Assembly (NCBI RefSeq): GCF_000195855.1
Contig: NC_002677.1
Span: forward strand, 660,001-692,000
Origin: Mycobacterium leprae TN
Lineage (GTDB): Bacteria > Actinomycetota > Actinomycetes > Mycobacteriales > Mycobacteriaceae
Direction: 5' to 3'
Length of the DNA stretch: 32,000 bases
Part shown: in pieces, positions 1 through 8,822 of the stretch
Position numbering within the stretch: position 1 is the first letter of the stretch
How the letters are laid out: each line of letters opens with the position of its first letter
Notes under the pieces: model-generated
The model's input: only the letters and a program-made list of their open reading frames with translations
Databases searched by the model: none
What the model was told of the DNA's origin: nothing
Made by a program: the position numbers and the translations under genes

Positions 1-932
1 CGTGCGGAGTTAACATTGGCATCGGCGCTCAGTCGTCTGACATTGCTCAAGGCGTCAATACCGCCCATGAAGTACGCGTCGAGGGCGCGGCGGATCCGCT
101 GGACGCCCAGGGTGCTGGTGACCAAGGCCTGATGTTCGGTTACGCGATCAATGACACCCCGGAACTGATGCCGCTACCGATTGCACTGGCCCACCGACTG
201 GCGCGAAGGCTGACCGAGGTACGCAAGAACGGCGTGCTGCCCTACCTGCGTTCCGACGGCAAGACCCAGGTCACTATCGCCTACGAGGACAATGTCCCAG
301 TGCGTTTGGACACTGTGGTCATCTCCACTCAGCACGCCGCTGGTGTCGACCTGGATGCCACGCTGGCTCCTGATATCCGGGAGAAGGTGCTCAACACCGT
401 TATTGACGATCTGTCTCATGACACCTTGGATGTATCGTCGGTGCGGGTGCTGGTAAACCCGACCGGCAAGTTCGTGCTAGGTGGGCCGATGGGCGATGCC
501 GGGCTCACCGGTCGCAAGATCATCGTCGACACCTACGGTGGCTGGGCGCGTCACGGCGGCGGCGCCTTCTCTGGCAAGGATCCGTCCAAGGTGGACCGGT
601 CGGCAGCCTACGCGATGCGCTGGGTGGCCAAGAACATCGTCGCTGCCGGGCTGGCGGAGCGAATCGAGGTGCAGGTGGCATACGCCATCGGCAAAGCCGC
701 CCCGGTCGGTTTGTTCGTCGAGACCTTTGGCACTGAGGCGGTCGATCCGGCCAAAATCGAGAAAGCCATCGGCGAGGTGTTCGATCTGCGTCCCGGCGCG
801 ATCATCCGCGACCTGCATCTGCTGCGCCCAATTTACGCGCAAACCGCTGCCTATGGGCACTTCGGTCGCACTGACGTCGAACTGCCATGGGAGCAGCTCA
901 ACAAAGTCGACGATCTCAAGCGCGCCATCTAG
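1..932 (+). CDS. metK: S-adenosylmethionine synthetase, C-terminal ~309 codons (5' end lies upstream of the window)
   Basis: Frame 3 is open from the window edge to TAG at 930-932, so the ORF-track Met at 132 is internal. Translation from nt 3 reads [23 protein letters not shown]...[15 protein letters not shown], then [23 protein letters not shown] and TAAYGHFGR. These are hallmark MetK motifs. Confidence 0.95.
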   Translation, partial: CGVNIGIGAQSSDIAQGVNTAHEVRVEGAADPLDAQGAGDQGLMFGYAINDTPELMPLPIALAHRLARRLTEVRKNGVLPYLRSDGKTQVTIAYEDNVPVRLDTVVISTQHAAGVDLDATLAPDIREKVLNTVIDDLSHDTLDVSSVRVLVNPTGKFVLGGPMGDAGLTGRKIIVDTYGGWARHGGGAFSGKDPSKVDRSAAYAMRWVAKNIVAAGLAERIEVQVAYAIGKAAPVGLFVETFGTEAVDPAKIEKAIGEVFDLRPGAIIRDLHLLRPIYAQTAAYGHFGRTDVELPWEQLNKVDDLKRAI

Positions 933-1576
933 GGGCGCCGCATCGTTCACATGGCGGGTGGCATGGGGTGGTCGTGGTCAAGCGCGGGCAGGCCGTCGAT
1001 GCTGAGTCGGTTGACTTCGGCGAGGTGAGCTAACTTCTCATGGGTGGTCTTTGCTGTACGCCGCGACGAGCGTTGGCCGCTCATCGACAGCTCGTATTAA
1101 GCTACTGCGTAGAGCATCCGCATGCATAGGCGATTATCTCGACGTCAATGACGATGGTTCCCTGCAGACCTTGCTGCGGGGAACCGAAATGCGTTTGCAG
1201 ATTGTCCAATTCAAAGTTGTCTCGCCACACGACCCGGCCTGTGCCTAATAGTAACAAGATTAGCGAGCTGCGGGGTAACGAGCAGAGCATAATGGTGATA
1301 CAGCCATTGTCACTTAAGTGGGTGATGGTTTCAGCTCCGCTAACGAACAGATCGAAAATAGTTGACGGTATGGTGGTCTAGCACCACGCTTGTATCCTTG
1401 TATCAGGGTATCTCTTGGGCGAGAGGTTGATTCGGTTTCCTTGGGGCGGTGTAGTTGTTAGGAAAGGCATGGCCTGTTTGCCGATGAATTCTCGCAGCGG
1501 CGGGTTAAGGTGCGAAAACTTCTTCACCACCGAGAATCTCCTTCCAACACATCATGGGCTAACCAGAGAAGCCAGC

Positions 1577-2534
1577 CTACTGTGACGAGGAATGCAGCGC
1601 CTTCAGGACCCGGCTCATCGCCTCGGCGTCGGGCGCAACCAGGGAGCGAGGCTGATGTAGCCGTGCAACATGGTCGCTCGTGGCGCCACTTTGTTGGCAC
1701 TCCGGCCGAGTTGAGGGGTAGGCGTACTGAGCTCCGTCGTATCGCATTGAGGTCATGTTCGGTGACGTCGATGAAGGCAGGAAGTAGACCGAATAATATA
1801 GGTCGGCGGCATTGGCTGGGGCTGGGTGGCAGGAAGTGTTGTGTAGTCGCGGATGTCGAGGGCAGGAACGTACCAGGTCAGAAATGCATTCAATTACGTT
1901 GCGGGCCAGAATCCTTGCATCGGCATTCTGGGTGAAAGACGGGTAGCGATAGGTCAGCCGTGGTTGGCGGGTACCGCAACAATTGGAAAACTACGTTCGA
2001 TCCGCCACTATCACGATTGTCGCAGGCCAGCTGTGTCATGCTCGCTGAGATGTTGCTACCTGCGGAATCACCAGCGACAGCGATCCTGCGTGGGGCACCG
2101 CCTAGCTCGGCGACATGCTCAACTACCCGCTTGTCCTCAATTCTGGCCGGTAACGGATGCTCCGGTGCCAGTCGGTAGCTGACAAACAACACGATGGCTG
2201 TTCATGTCGGCGGCGTGCCTGCGGCTGATCGCGTCGTGGGTGTCCAGGCTCCCGATAGACTAGTGGCCGCCGTGGTAGTAGACGACAATGGGCCAGCTGT
2301 TAAATGATGCTAGTGGGAGACCAATAGATCCGAACCGGGATGTCGGTGAGTTCGCTTATATCCGACGGTCCGATCCGCAAGTCGGGAAACATCTCCGGAG
2401 GTGCTTCGAACTGCTTGAGTTTCGCGCGTGCGACTTCGATGCCGTCGGCGACGTTTAAGGTCGGCGGGAATACGTCGAGCAGCGCCTTGAGCGTCGGGTC
2501 GATATCTGGGCCGTGAGGCCGTGGGCTCCGTCAT
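1577..2534 (-). pseudogene. Hormone-sensitive-lipase-family esterase pseudogene (resembles M. tuberculosis Rv1399c NlhH as I remember it)
   Basis: The homologous sequence is spread over different frames. The N-terminus MTEPTASRP is at 2534 (ORF 2310..2534). YRLAPEHPLP...RIAVAGDSAGSNIS...FQLLRYPPTTADLSLP lies in ORF 1890..2192, with GDSAG at 2058-2072. The tail PAFIDVTEHD...MLHGYISLA...KALHSSSQ ends at TAG 1577-1579. Stops and frameshifts separate the pieces. Confidence 0.75.
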
Positions 2535-3521
2535 TGGTCTACCGTACGTACCGGGGGCTCTAAGGAGTGCAACGCTGCCCGCAGCGCGGCTAGTTCACGA
2601 TCCAGCGTGGTGGTGGCCGCGGGCATCACACCCGTGTAGTCGTGCACCACCGTCCCGGCATTGTGCATCTTGACGGGACTCCAGCGGCTGTCAGCAACAT
2701 CCCGTACCGTATCCCGTTGTCGTCCAACTGGTCATAACCGGCCATGCCGATATAGGAAACTGGCAGATCGGGTAGGTTCTTGGCCCACCCCGGCTTGCGG
2801 GTTGGATATCAGTTGATTTCTCCTGTCTACCAACGGTAGAACGCAGCTATCGCTGCGACAGCAAGATTCGGGGCAGTGGCGTTCTCTTGAAACGACGGCA
2901 GGACAGGTACCACAGCGTGGAGTAGTACCACAACAGCTGGGACGCCCGCTAGCGGAGGTCCGCCATTATGGGTGCCGGGATGGGCATGGTCGCGGGCGCG
3001 TTGCGTGATCACCACGGCGGTGGTTACACCCGCTGAGTTCCCGGCGACGGCCTTCTGAGTTCTGTTTCCACCTAATCTCGGGTTCGTGTTTGGGCTACCC
3101 ATAACGTTGCAGCCCAGGCTTCTTCGATGGCAGCGGGGGGGGTGCGGGTGCCAATTGGTACCTAGACGGATACCATGGTCGCGTCGGCGCTCACGACGTG
3201 CAGGCGGTAGGATCCATCATGGGTATCGAGGTTGTGCCTATGACGAAGCCTCCGCCGTGGAAATACAGCATGATGGGGTGCCGGTAATTTCCCATGTTGC
3301 GCACAGGATGGATGGTGGCCAATAGATCCGGATGCCGATAGGGTCTTTTGGGTCGGGAAGGCCCGATTCTCGACGTGCAGTTCGGGGTGGGCAGTTCGGC
3401 GCAGCAGGTTACGCAACCGTTGCCGGACTACCTCGATCCCATCGCTGGCGGATAGCCGGAACGTAACCTCATCGAGTACCTTCGGTAAGATGGGTTCGGT
3501 CGTTGCGGCGGAATACCCCAT
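2531..3521 (-). pseudogene. Second esterase/lipase pseudogene of the same family (Rv1400c LipI-like from memory)
   Basis: ORF 3162..3521 gives EPILPKVLDEVTFRLSASDGIEVVRQRLRNL, then slips frame around the HGGG region (NLDTHDGSYR is recovered). ORF 2827..3102 gives AVAGNSAGVTTAVVITQRARD...SFQENATAPNLAVAAIAAFYRW, followed by a premature stop at 2827-2829. The nucleophile motif is GNSAG (3028-3042) rather than GDSAG. The tail VKMHNAGTVVHDYTGVMPAATTTLDRELAALRAALHS runs to TGA 2531-2533, which overlaps the ATG of the downstream esterase relic. Confidence 0.7.
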
Positions 3522-4172
3522 CCTCCGCGAGCGGCGTTGGGGTATTCCGAGTTACTGTTGTCGGCGGCCGGCGACTGCTTGTTGGCGATCTCGTGTTTGA
3601 CAGAATCATCTGGCTACATTCCTGTTGGCGCACGTCTATTCCTGGCTGTATTAGTGCTGCTGCTGGCGCCGTCCTGGACTTGTGTGACCTGCGTTATCCT
3701 GGTGTGTTTACCCTCCGGTGGCTCTGCTGACCTGGTTCTGGTCTTACCTGGGCGGCTAACAAACTGACGATTCCGGTGACGGTCTACATTGTCGTTTTAT
3801 GCTCAAATGATCTGCACTGAGCTACTGGCGTAGCTGCCGACGATCTGGACCGCGGTGAGGCCGGTGTTGTTTCGCGGAGTCGGGCGCGACGATTGCCGTC
3901 GTCCGGTTCATCCTGGGCAACGAGGTGGTGGCGATGTTTATCTGGTGGTCGTATGCCACGGACGTGATCTTGATCATAGCTAGGTTTTCTTCGGTCGAGA
4001 GTAGCCGAATAACGCACCCGAGTCCGCTGAATTTTAGGGGTTCAGTGGTTGCGGCTACCGTGTACAAGGTTGTCCGTCAGAATGCCGGCTGCAGTATCGT
4101 AGGTTGCGAAATTATAGGAAAGTTGTTGTATAGAAATATATTTCGGCGAAGATTTGGATATCGAGACAACCG

Positions 4173-6215
4173 TTGTGGCTGGTCGGTTGGCTCGACGTGA
4201 TCCGGGCCAGTGGTGCCCGCACGCCCGTTGCGGTGGAGCCCATCGCGCGAGTGTTGCCGATGCTGTCGGTGCCGCATCTGGATCGCGAGTTTGATTACCT
4301 GGTATCCGCCGAGCAGTCTGACGATGCTCAACCGGGGGTGCGGGTGCGGGTGCGGTTCCATGGTCGGCTGGTCGACGGGTTTGTGCTGGAGCGCCGTAAT
4401 GACACAGAGCACTTCGGCAAATTGGGCTGGCTGGATCGTGTAGTATCCGCTCAACCGGTACTCACCGCAGAAGTACGTCGGCTGGTCGACGCGGTAGTGG
4501 CTCGCTATGCTGGGACTAGACCGGATGTGTTGCGGTTGGCGGTGCCAACTCGGCATGCCAGAGTGGAGCGAGAAACCCTTGCGATCCCCGTGTCACCGCT
4601 CCCGTTGATTCCGGGGCCGGTCGACCCGTCGGGCTGGGAGGTTTACGGTCGTGGCGGGCAGTTCCTGACTGCGCTGGCCGAGTCGCGCGCCGCCCGCGCC
4701 GTCTGGCAAGCGCTACCCGGCGAGCAATGGGCGGACCGATTTGCCGAGGCTGCCGCGCAAGCCATCCGCGCCGGACGGGCGGCATTGGCGATCGTGCCTG
4801 ATCAACGGGATTTGGATGTACTGTGGCGGGCCGTGACGACTCGGGTCGACGAACGTAGTGTGGTGGCTCTCTCAGCGGGCCTGGGTCAGGCAGTGCGGTA
4901 TCAGCGTTGGCTGAAGGTGTTGCGCGGCAGCGCGCGGCTAGTGATCGGCACCCGCAGTGCGGTGTTCGCGCCGGTCAACGACCTGGGTTTGGTCATGGTC
5001 TGGTCTGATGCCGACGACATGTTGGCCGAGCCGCGGGCACCCTATCCGCATGCCCGTGAAGTGGCTATGTTGCGCGCGTATCAGGCACGCTGCGCAGCAT
5101 TGATCGGCGGCTACACCCGGACGGCAGAAGCCCACGCGTTGGTGCGCAGCGGATGGGCCCACGATGTGGTTGCCGCACGTTCTGTGGTTCGTGCTCGTGC
5201 TCCGCGGGTAGTGGCTCTCGACGACAGCGGATACGCCGAGGAAAGTGACCCGGCAGCCCGCACTGCGCGACTTCCGTCGATTGCACTGCGCGCGGCCCGC
5301 TCGGCGCTTGCGGCTGGAGCACCGGTGCTGGTGCAGGTGCCGCGGCGTGGGTATGTGCCATCGTTGGCCTGCGGGCGTTGCCGTACATTAGCCCGTTGTC
5401 GACACTGCACGGGTCCGCTTTCGCTGCTAGACCGTGCCACCCCCGGTACCGTCTGTTGCTGGTGCGGCCGAGCCGATCTGACGTTACGTTGCGCGCGCTG
5501 CGGGTCGGAGGTGGTGCGCGCGGTGGTGGTTGGGGCTCGCCGCACGGCCGAAGAGCTCGGCCGTGCGTTCGCCGGTATGCCGGTCATCACCTCGGTGGGC
5601 GACACCATCGTGCCGGAAGTCGGTGCCCGACCGGCTCTGGTGGTCGCCACCCCCGGGGCTGAACCGCGTGCTCCAGGTGGGTACGGGGCAGCGCTGCTGC
5701 TGGATACCTGGGCATTGCTAGGCCGGCAAGATCTGCGAGCGGCCGAGGAAGCCCTGTGGCGTTGGATGACCGCGGCCGCATTAGTGCGTGCGCGGGGTGA
5801 TGGGGGGGTGGTGATGGTAGTCGCTGAAGCATCTATTCCGACAGTGCAGTCCTTGATGCGCTGGGATCCGGCCAGTCACGCGGAGGCTGAACTGGCGGCT
5901 AGAACCGAAGTTGGCTTGCCACCTAGCGTGCACATCGCGGCAGTCGATGGTACCACCGGCGCAGTTAACGAGTTGTTGCAGGAGGCCCGGTTGCCCGATG
6001 AAGCCGATTTGCTCGGCCCGGTGGACCTGCCGCAGGGTGTGCGCCGCCCAGCAGGCACCCCCCTCGGCGCACCGATCAGCAGGCTGTTGGTACGGGTGCC
6101 TCGTGAGCAGGGCTGGCAACTGGCAGCGAGTCTGCGGCGTGGCATCGGCGTGCTGAGCGTGCGGCAAACTCATCAACTGGTCCGTGTGCAGATTGACCCG
6201 CTGCACATCGGATAG
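4173..6215 (+). CDS. priA: Primosomal protein N' (PriA-like replication restart protein), with degenerate ATPase motifs
   Basis: Single 680-codon ORF. It has a PriA-like N-terminus (LSVPHLDREFDYLV...VRVRFHGRLVDGFV) and a cluster of four Cys pairs, CGRC..CRHC..CCWC..CARC (5370-5501), typical of the PriA zinc-binding insert. The C-terminal LPP...H motif region is present. The start is ambiguous: TTG at 4173 (ORF track) or GTG at 4197. Confidence 0.9.
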   Translation: MWLVGWLDVIRASGARTPVAVEPIARVLPMLSVPHLDREFDYLVSAEQSDDAQPGVRVRVRFHGRLVDGFVLERRNDTEHFGKLGWLDRVVSAQPVLTAEVRRLVDAVVARYAGTRPDVLRLAVPTRHARVERETLAIPVSPLPLIPGPVDPSGWEVYGRGGQFLTALAESRAARAVWQALPGEQWADRFAEAAAQAIRAGRAALAIVPDQRDLDVLWRAVTTRVDERSVVALSAGLGQAVRYQRWLKVLRGSARLVIGTRSAVFAPVNDLGLVMVWSDADDMLAEPRAPYPHAREVAMLRAYQARCAALIGGYTRTAEAHALVRSGWAHDVVAARSVVRARAPRVVALDDSGYAEESDPAARTARLPSIALRAARSALAAGAPVLVQVPRRGYVPSLACGRCRTLARCRHCTGPLSLLDRATPGTVCCWCGRADLTLRCARCGSEVVRAVVVGARRTAEELGRAFAGMPVITSVGDTIVPEVGARPALVVATPGAEPRAPGGYGAALLLDTWALLGRQDLRAAEEALWRWMTAAALVRARGDGGVVMVVAEASIPTVQSLMRWDPASHAEAELAARTEVGLPPSVHIAAVDGTTGAVNELLQEARLPDEADLLGPVDLPQGVRRPAGTPLGAPISRLLVRVPREQGWQLAASLRRGIGVLSVRQTHQLVRVQIDPLHIG

Positions 6216-6260
6216 CCTCACAGCTTGCGGGCGACGAAAATCAAGTATTGTCACTCTAAC

Positions 6261-7110
6261 TTATTGCTCCCCTACTTCAGACGTTGCCGGCTGAGCTCGG
6301 CGAGTTTGGCATCGAGTGCCGCTATGCGTTTGAGGCCGTCGGCGATGTTGAGTTAGGCAATCGATCATCGGGCCGTATACGGTCTCGAAGTAGTCACGGT
6401 ATGTTTTGGGGGAGCAGAACCGTTCCACTGTCAAGCATTCGTGTTGTGTGCGAATATCATTGACGTGGTTGCGCAGCAAGTCGAAGTCGTTCGCATAATC
6501 CTCGCTTCCTCACCACACCTCCGGGGGCTCATCCGGCGTGAAAGCCGGTCGGTACAGTGTCAATCTGATGGTGGAAAACAATCGACAGTAGAACTCCTTC
6601 GGGTGTTCAGCTGATCAATCCGATCGTACCGCGACGACACACCCGGGCTAGTGCAATCAGTAGCGTGTTGATGAGGTGGGGCGAACAGCACTCCGGTTGC
6701 TGAGAGTAATGCGTCAAATTCCCCAACGCCGAACGGCAGAGCTTCGGCGTTGGCGTCCCGCCAGTCGAGCTCAAGACTCGTTGCTGCCGCCTTCATCAAG
6801 GCGGCAGCAACCCGGGTGTCAGATCGCTGGTAACGACATGGGCACCGGCTATAGCGGCAGGGGAGTGAGACCTTGCACCAGCCGGCGCCTACGTCAAGCA
6901 CGCGATAGCTGGAACGCATGCCGGTGGCAGAACAACAAGGTTGTACGTTGGGCGACGTTGGTCCCCTCGAAGTGTCGCCAGGACCTCGTCGGTTATGGAC
7001 GCGTGAGTAACCCAGGGTCCACAGTGCCTGATGCGTGGTCGTTGGGATAAGGAGCGTACTGCTCGGGTCCACTGGTTGCAGCGAAAACCATCGGATTTCT
7101 TGGAGAATGC
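6261..7110 (-). pseudogene. SAM-dependent methyltransferase pseudogene, decayed paralogue of the intact gene at 7998-8822 (Rv1403c-like position)
   Basis: Fragments in at least 3 frames align to the intact paralogue. HQALWTLGY matches HRAMWALGDY. VLDVGAGWCKVSLP matches VLDVAAGSGNISLP. LELDWRDANAEALPFGVGEFDALLSATGVLFAPPHQ matches LTLEYREADAQALPFGDGEFDVVMSAIGVMFAPDHR. LTVERFCSPKTYRDYFETVYGPMI (ORF 6261..6479) matches LEVKRFNSAEGVHNYFKNHYGPTI. The 5' boundary is approximate. Confidence 0.7.
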
Positions 7111-7330
7111 AACATGACACAACGAGGGACTTCAACTCCGATCCGACCTCGCCGTCGAGGGCAGGAATTTTCTACTAGCAACCTAGATCATGTTCCGCAG
7201 CAATAGTGTGTGCGTGCAATAGTCTTTTATAGTTGCCACGCTGTAAGGCTGTTACAGTTTTTATGCGTTTAGTCCGTGTAGTGCAACAATGACGTTGGCG
7301 GCCTGAGAAGGCTTTGGACATGGGGGCACG

Positions 7331-7816
7331 ATGGTAACGGACGATGCGACTGTAGCTGATGAGTCGTTGGATGACATCACCGATGCCTTGCTGACAGCGT
7401 CCCGGTTGTTGGTTGCTGTCTCAGCTCACTCAATCGGCCAAGTCGACGAGACCATTACCTTTCCGCAGTTTCGAACACTGGTGATCTTGTCCAATCGGGG
7501 TCCGGTCAACTTGGCAACCTTGGCTGGTTTGTTGGGTGTGCAACCGTCGGCTACCGGCCGTATGGTCGATCGCTTGGTCGCCGCCAGGCTAATCGATCGC
7601 TTGCCGCATCCGACCTCTCGGCGGGAACTGCTCGTAGCGTTGACCAAGCGTGGACGGGAGGTCGTTAGGCGGGTCACCGCACAGCGGCGTGTCGAGATCG
7701 CTCGAATCGTAGAAAAAATGCCGCCCTCCGAACGTCTTGGACTGGTGCGAGCCCTGACTGCATTCAGCACTGCTGGCGGTGAGCCAGACGTACGTCTCGA
7801 TATAATCTCAATATAA
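7331..7816 (+). CDS. MarR-family transcriptional regulator (Rv1404-like)
   Basis: 161-codon ORF with an ATG start preceded by gggggcacg. The winged-helix region is FPQFRTLVILSNRGPVNLATLAGLLGVQPSATGRMVDRLVAARLIDRLPHPTSRRELLVALTKRGREV. It ends at TAA 7814-7816, inside the 37-bp repeat. Confidence 0.9.
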   Translation: MVTDDATVADESLDDITDALLTASRLLVAVSAHSIGQVDETITFPQFRTLVILSNRGPVNLATLAGLLGVQPSATGRMVDRLVAARLIDRLPHPTSRRELLVALTKRGREVVRRVTAQRRVEIARIVEKMPPSERLGLVRALTAFSTAGGEPDVRLDIISI

Positions 7817-7874
7817 ATCATGATAATGAGATGTAATTATAATCTCAATATAAATCATGATAATGAGATGTAAT
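7801..7874. repeat. Perfect tandem duplication of a 37-bp AT-rich unit (2 copies)
   Basis: The unit tataatctcaatataaatcatgataatgagatgtaat occurs at 7801-7837 and 7838-7874 with zero mismatches (hand-aligned). Only 7 of 37 bases are G/C. Confidence 0.95.
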
Positions 7875-7943
7875 GTAGGTGGGGCCACGGCTCTGCTGTT
7901 AGCTGTTAATAGCGCGTGGCTAATTCTTTCTTCCTTGTGGCAG

Positions 7944-7989
7944 CGCCTCGAGCTCGGCATTGGGGGAGGGGGGGGCCGAGCTCGAGGCG
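7944..7989. terminator. 15-bp perfect GC-rich hairpin between convergent genes (candidate bidirectional, tail-less terminator)
   Basis: The left arm cgcctcgagctcggc (7944-7958) is the exact reverse complement of the right arm gccgagctcgaggcg (7975-7989). The loop is 16 nt and G-rich. The right arm ends 8 nt before the stop codon (7998-8000) of the minus-strand methyltransferase and lies 128 nt past the MarR stop. There is no adjacent U-tract on either strand. Confidence 0.55.
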
Positions 7990-7997
7990 GCCGGTCT

Positions 7998-8822
7998 TCA
8001 GTGTTTTTGCGCGGTGAGCAATAGATATTCCCAACCCATAGTGCTGTTGGTTAGGTATTTTTGTGCGAGTTCGGTGAGTTGCGCATCGAGTTCAGCGGCG
8101 AGTACTGAGTTGTCGCCGATGTTTGTGTAGGCCTCGATCGTCGGGCCGTAATGGTTCTTGAAGTAATTGTGGACGCCCTCGGCGGAGTTGAACCGCTTTA
8201 CCTCGAGCTGTCTGCGTTCTGTTTTGACGTTGGTGACGGTGTCGTCTAGTAGCCCTCGGATGTAGGCCTCGCGTCCCCATAGTGCCGCCGGGGGTAAAGC
8301 TGCAGAGAGGCTTGGCCGGTATGGCCTGATGGTAGCCAGCATTCGGCCGAAGAATCCCTCTTGTGTCCAGCTGATCACACCGATTGTCCCGTTGGGTCGG
8401 CAAACTCGAACTAGCTCGCTGGCAGCGCGTCGATGGTCTGGCGCGAACATCACGCCGATTGCTGACATCACGACATCGAACTCTCCGTCACCAAACGGCA
8501 GGGCTTGTGCATCGGCTTCTCGGTATTCGAGCGTCAATCCGAGCTCAGTGGCCCTGGCTTGGGAACGCTGCAACAGCTCCGGCGTCAGGTCGGTGGAGAC
8601 AATGGTGGCGCCCGTCTTGGCAGCGGGAAGCGAGATGTTGCCAGAGCCGGCAGCGACGTCGAGTACTTGCATGCCCGGTCGAATGCCCGTGGCGGTGACC
8701 AGGATTGGTCCGAGTGGGGCCATCACCTCTTCGGCCATCAGGGCGTAGTCGCCCAGTGCCCACATCGCCCGATGAATAGCCGCAAGCGACTGATCCTCGT
8801 GGATGGGGGTGTAGAGGTTCAT
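7998..8822 (-). CDS. SAM-dependent methyltransferase (class I; Rv1405c-like)
   Basis: Motif I VLDVAAGSGN is present, with downstream LPFGDGEFDVVMSAIGVMFAP. The ORF track starts at TTG 8843, but ATG 8822 is preceded by ggaggagaccga (a GGAGGA SD, 6-nt spacer). I therefore call 8822 as the start (274 codons). Confidence 0.9.
   Translation of the reverse strand: MNLYTPIHEDQSLAAIHRAMWALGDYALMAEEVMAPLGPILVTATGIRPGMQVLDVAAGSGNISLPAAKTGATIVSTDLTPELLQRSQARATELGLTLEYREADAQALPFGDGEFDVVMSAIGVMFAPDHRRAASELVRVCRPNGTIGVISWTQEGFFGRMLATIRPYRPSLSAALPPAALWGREAYIRGLLDDTVTNVKTERRQLEVKRFNSAEGVHNYFKNHYGPTIEAYTNIGDNSVLAAELDAQLTELAQKYLTNSTMGWEYLLLTAQKH

Noticed and set aside
477-1005. ORFs 477..950 (-), 481..1005 (+) and 608..805 (-) overlapping metK
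   Set aside because: They are alternative-frame or antisense ORFs inside a well-supported GC-rich gene. Their Arg/Pro/Ala-rich translations are typical of off-frame GC-rich DNA.
4516-6254. Several minus-strand and off-frame ORFs within priA (e.g. 5111..5650, 5781..6254, 5065..5388)
   Set aside because: They lie entirely inside the priA frame, have low-complexity Arg/Pro-rich products and contain no motifs.
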